Assembly: GCA_964658025.1 (NCBI GenBank)
Contig: CAZZXB010000103.1
Location: 1 to 10,593 of the forward strand
Direction: 5' to 3'
Source of the DNA: an uncultured Janthinobacterium sp.
GTDB taxonomy: Bacteria; Vulcanimicrobiota; Vulcanimicrobiia; Vulcanimicrobiales; Vulcanimicrobiaceae
Length of the DNA: 10,593 nt
Shown here: one piece after another, positions 8,862-10,593 of the stretch
How positions within the stretch are numbered: the first letter of the stretch is position 1
How the letters are laid out: the number at the start of each line of letters is the position of its first letter
Translations under genes and position numbers: made by a program
The notes under the pieces: model-generated
What the model saw: only the letters and a program-made list of their open reading frames with translations
Told to the model about the DNA's origin: nothing
The model's database searches: none

Positions 8862-9626
8862 ATGAACCCACTTTCGGGAATCCGCTACGGCGCGGAGATC
8901 TATGCGGCGGCGCGCGCGCACGGCTTGGATCCGCGCTTGCTCGCGGCCGTGGCCGCGCAGGAAACGGGCGGGCCGGGTCAGCGTTCCGGTCGCAACGTCG
9001 TCGGCGACGGCGGTCACGGGCACGGGCTCTTCCAGATCGACGATCGCTCGTGGGCGTTCGCCCGGACGCCCGCCGCGATGGACCCGGCGCGAAATGCGAA
9101 CGTCGCGGCCGGCATCCTCGCGGACGACCTCCGCGCGAACGGCGGCGACGTCCGTGCCGCGCTCTCGACGTACAACGCGGGGAAACCGGACCGCCCGGGG
9201 ACGCTGACGACGTGGGGCGACGGACGGACCCTCGCGTACGCCGATTCCGTCCTCCGGCACGAAGGCGCCCTCGGCGCGGCGGGCGGGATGCCCGTCGCGC
9301 GGGTGCGGGAGGGCGCCGCCTCCGCGGCCGGGGCGACGTTCTCGCCGACCGCCCTCGCGACGTCGTCGACCGGCACCCCGTTCGTCGCGCTCGCTCCGAC
9401 GGGCGGGACGTCGGCGGTCTCCGCGCTCGATCTCTCCGGCTCGTTCGCATCGGCGTACGCCGCGAGCGGCACGTCGGGATCGACCGGATCGACGACGACC
9501 GCCGCGCCGCGATCGTGGGCGTCGATCGGCGGCGGCGGCGACGCCCAACCGGGCGCGCTCGCCGACGCGGGCGGCGGCGACCTGCTCGATCCCGGCGACA
9601 TCTTCGACGGCCCGGCCCCGACCTAA
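8862..9626 (+). CDS. Lytic transglycosylase (SLT / goose-lysozyme-like) domain protein with low-complexity Ala/Ser/Thr/Gly tail
   Basis: AAGGAGG RBS at 8850-8856 and ATG at 8862. Motifs: IYAAARAHGLDPRLLAAVAAQET (catalytic Glu), GHGLFQID, DPARN...AAGIL, ALSTYNAG, YADSVL. Confidence 0.88.
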   Translation: MNPLSGIRYGAEIYAAARAHGLDPRLLAAVAAQETGGPGQRSGRNVVGDGGHGHGLFQIDDRSWAFARTPAAMDPARNANVAAGILADDLRANGGDVRAALSTYNAGKPDRPGTLTTWGDGRTLAYADSVLRHEGALGAAGGMPVARVREGAASAAGATFSPTALATSSTGTPFVALAPTGGTSAVSALDLSGSFASAYAASGTSGSTGSTTTAAPRSWASIGGGGDAQPGALADAGGGDLLDPGDIFDGPAPT

Positions 9627-9673
9627 CACGTCGATCTACCACTTCGATCGTTACGAGCGAGAGGAAACGCACG

Positions 9674-10072
9674 ATGGGAAACTTCTTGGGTTCTTTGGTC
9701 AACGGCATCGCGGGCGCCGCGACGGGCCTGATGACGGGCGGTCCGATCGGCGCCGTCGCGGGCGGCATCGGCGGGCTCGCGAGCGGCGGCGGACCGAGCG
9801 GTGTCGGGAACGTGGCGACCGGAACCGATCCGACGATTCCGATCTCCCAGAGCATGGACCGCGCCTACGAATACTTCAACCTCGGGATGCAGGGCGAGGA
9901 ACTCCGCCATCAAGCCGAGATGCAGGTCCAAAGCCAACAATTCAACGACGTCGAGGACGAAAAAACCGAACAGATGCGCGAGCTCAATTCGCTGCGCGAC
10001 GTCGCGATGAAGCAACGCGAGTCCGACGACAAGATCGTCAAGGAATTCATCAAGACCGCGGGCGGCGAGTAA
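9674..10072 (+). CDS. Hypothetical 132-aa protein: N-terminal glycine-zipper segment plus C-terminal helical domain (paralog A)
   Basis: GAGGA RBS and ATG at 9674 (3' part of ORF 8837..10072). The composition is protein-like and the C-terminal motif is shared with the next gene. Confidence 0.8.
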   Translation: MGNFLGSLVNGIAGAATGLMTGGPIGAVAGGIGGLASGGGPSGVGNVATGTDPTIPISQSMDRAYEYFNLGMQGEELRHQAEMQVQSQQFNDVEDEKTEQMRELNSLRDVAMKQRESDDKIVKEFIKTAGGE

Positions 10073-10073
10073 C

Positions 10074-10436
10074 GTGACCTCGCCGATCGCCGCGGCGGGC
10101 GTTTGCGGTTCGCGCCCCGCGGCTCCGTCCGTCGCGGTGCCGTCCGCTGCGGACGGCGCCGAACGCGCGCCGCTCGACGACACGGCGGAGTCGGTCCCCG
10201 ATACGGCGGCCACGCTCGCCGAAGCGTTCTCGCGCCGTGCCGAGCTCATCATGATCGCGCAGCAGTCGCGCCAACAGGAGATGCAAGCGCGACTCGACGT
10301 GATGAAAGCGAACTTCAACGCGACGACCGAACTCCACACGGAACGGCTTCGCGAGCTCAACGCGCTGCGCGACATGGCGATGGATCAGGCGAAAAAAGAC
10401 GACGAGATCCTCAAAAAATACATCGCGATGATCTGA
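10074..10436 (+). CDS. Hypothetical 120-aa helical protein (paralog B)
   Basis: GTG 1 nt after the previous stop (TAA-C-GTG). The N-terminus is Ala/Pro/Ser-rich, and the C-terminal helix is homologous to that of 9674..10072. Confidence 0.8.
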   Translation: MTSPIAAAGVCGSRPAAPSVAVPSAADGAERAPLDDTAESVPDTAATLAEAFSRRAELIMIAQQSRQQEMQARLDVMKANFNATTELHTERLRELNALRDMAMDQAKKDDEILKKYIAMI

Positions 10437-10522
10437 GCTTCGTTCGCGGCGTGCGGCGACGGCCGCATCGGTGGGAAGGGCCGATGTCTCCGGCGACGAA
10501 CCCCGGTCAGTCGCCGCGAGAC

Positions 10523-10593
10523 GGGCCATTAGCTCAGTTGGTTAGAGCGCATGCTTGATAAGCATGAGGTCCCTGGTTCGAACCCAGGATGGC
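10523..10593 (+). tRNA. tRNA-Ile(GAT), last few 3' nucleotides cut by the window edge
   Basis: Acceptor GGGCCAT/ATGGC.., D-arm GCTC-AGTTGGTTA-GAGC, anticodon arm CATGC-TTGATAA-GCATG, T-arm CCTGG-TTCGAAC-CCAGG. Confidence 0.97.

Noticed and set aside
8242..10529. Minus-strand ORFs 8242..9855, 8817..9629, 9623..10375 and 10050..10529
   Set aside because: They are shadows of the plus-strand operon, which has RBSs, SLT motifs and internal paralogy.
8862..10593. Three-gene module as a tRNA-integrated prophage or genomic island
   Set aside because: It lies on the 5' side of the tRNA, and no integrase, att duplication or phage genes are visible.

Overview
High-GC bacterial chromosomal window. Its Pro/Thr-rich lipoprotein, stalk-domain gene and Bacillota-like gene order suggest Ca. 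Eremiobacterota/Vulcanimicrobiota or a related Terrabacteria lineage (inference only). Most of it is a minus-strand housekeeping run: yceD(DUF177)-rpmF-fabH-fabD-fabG-acpP-ffh-rpsP-khpA-rimM, preceded by a strong sigma70-like promoter. rimM is missing from the supplied ORF track because it has no ATG/GTG/TTG start. The left end holds envelope genes: a truncated lipoprotein, a stalk-domain protein, a YihY/BrkB membrane protein and a secreted protein. The right end holds the most interesting element, a divergent three-gene operon (8862-10436). It encodes a lytic transglycosylase/lysozyme-like enzyme with no signal peptide, followed by two small paralogous helical proteins sharing a C-terminal motif (FN..TE..RELN.LRD.AM.Q...DD.I.K..I). 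That motif resembles the C-terminal helix of type III secretion needle/rod subunits. A tRNA-Ile(GAT), cut by the window edge, follows.
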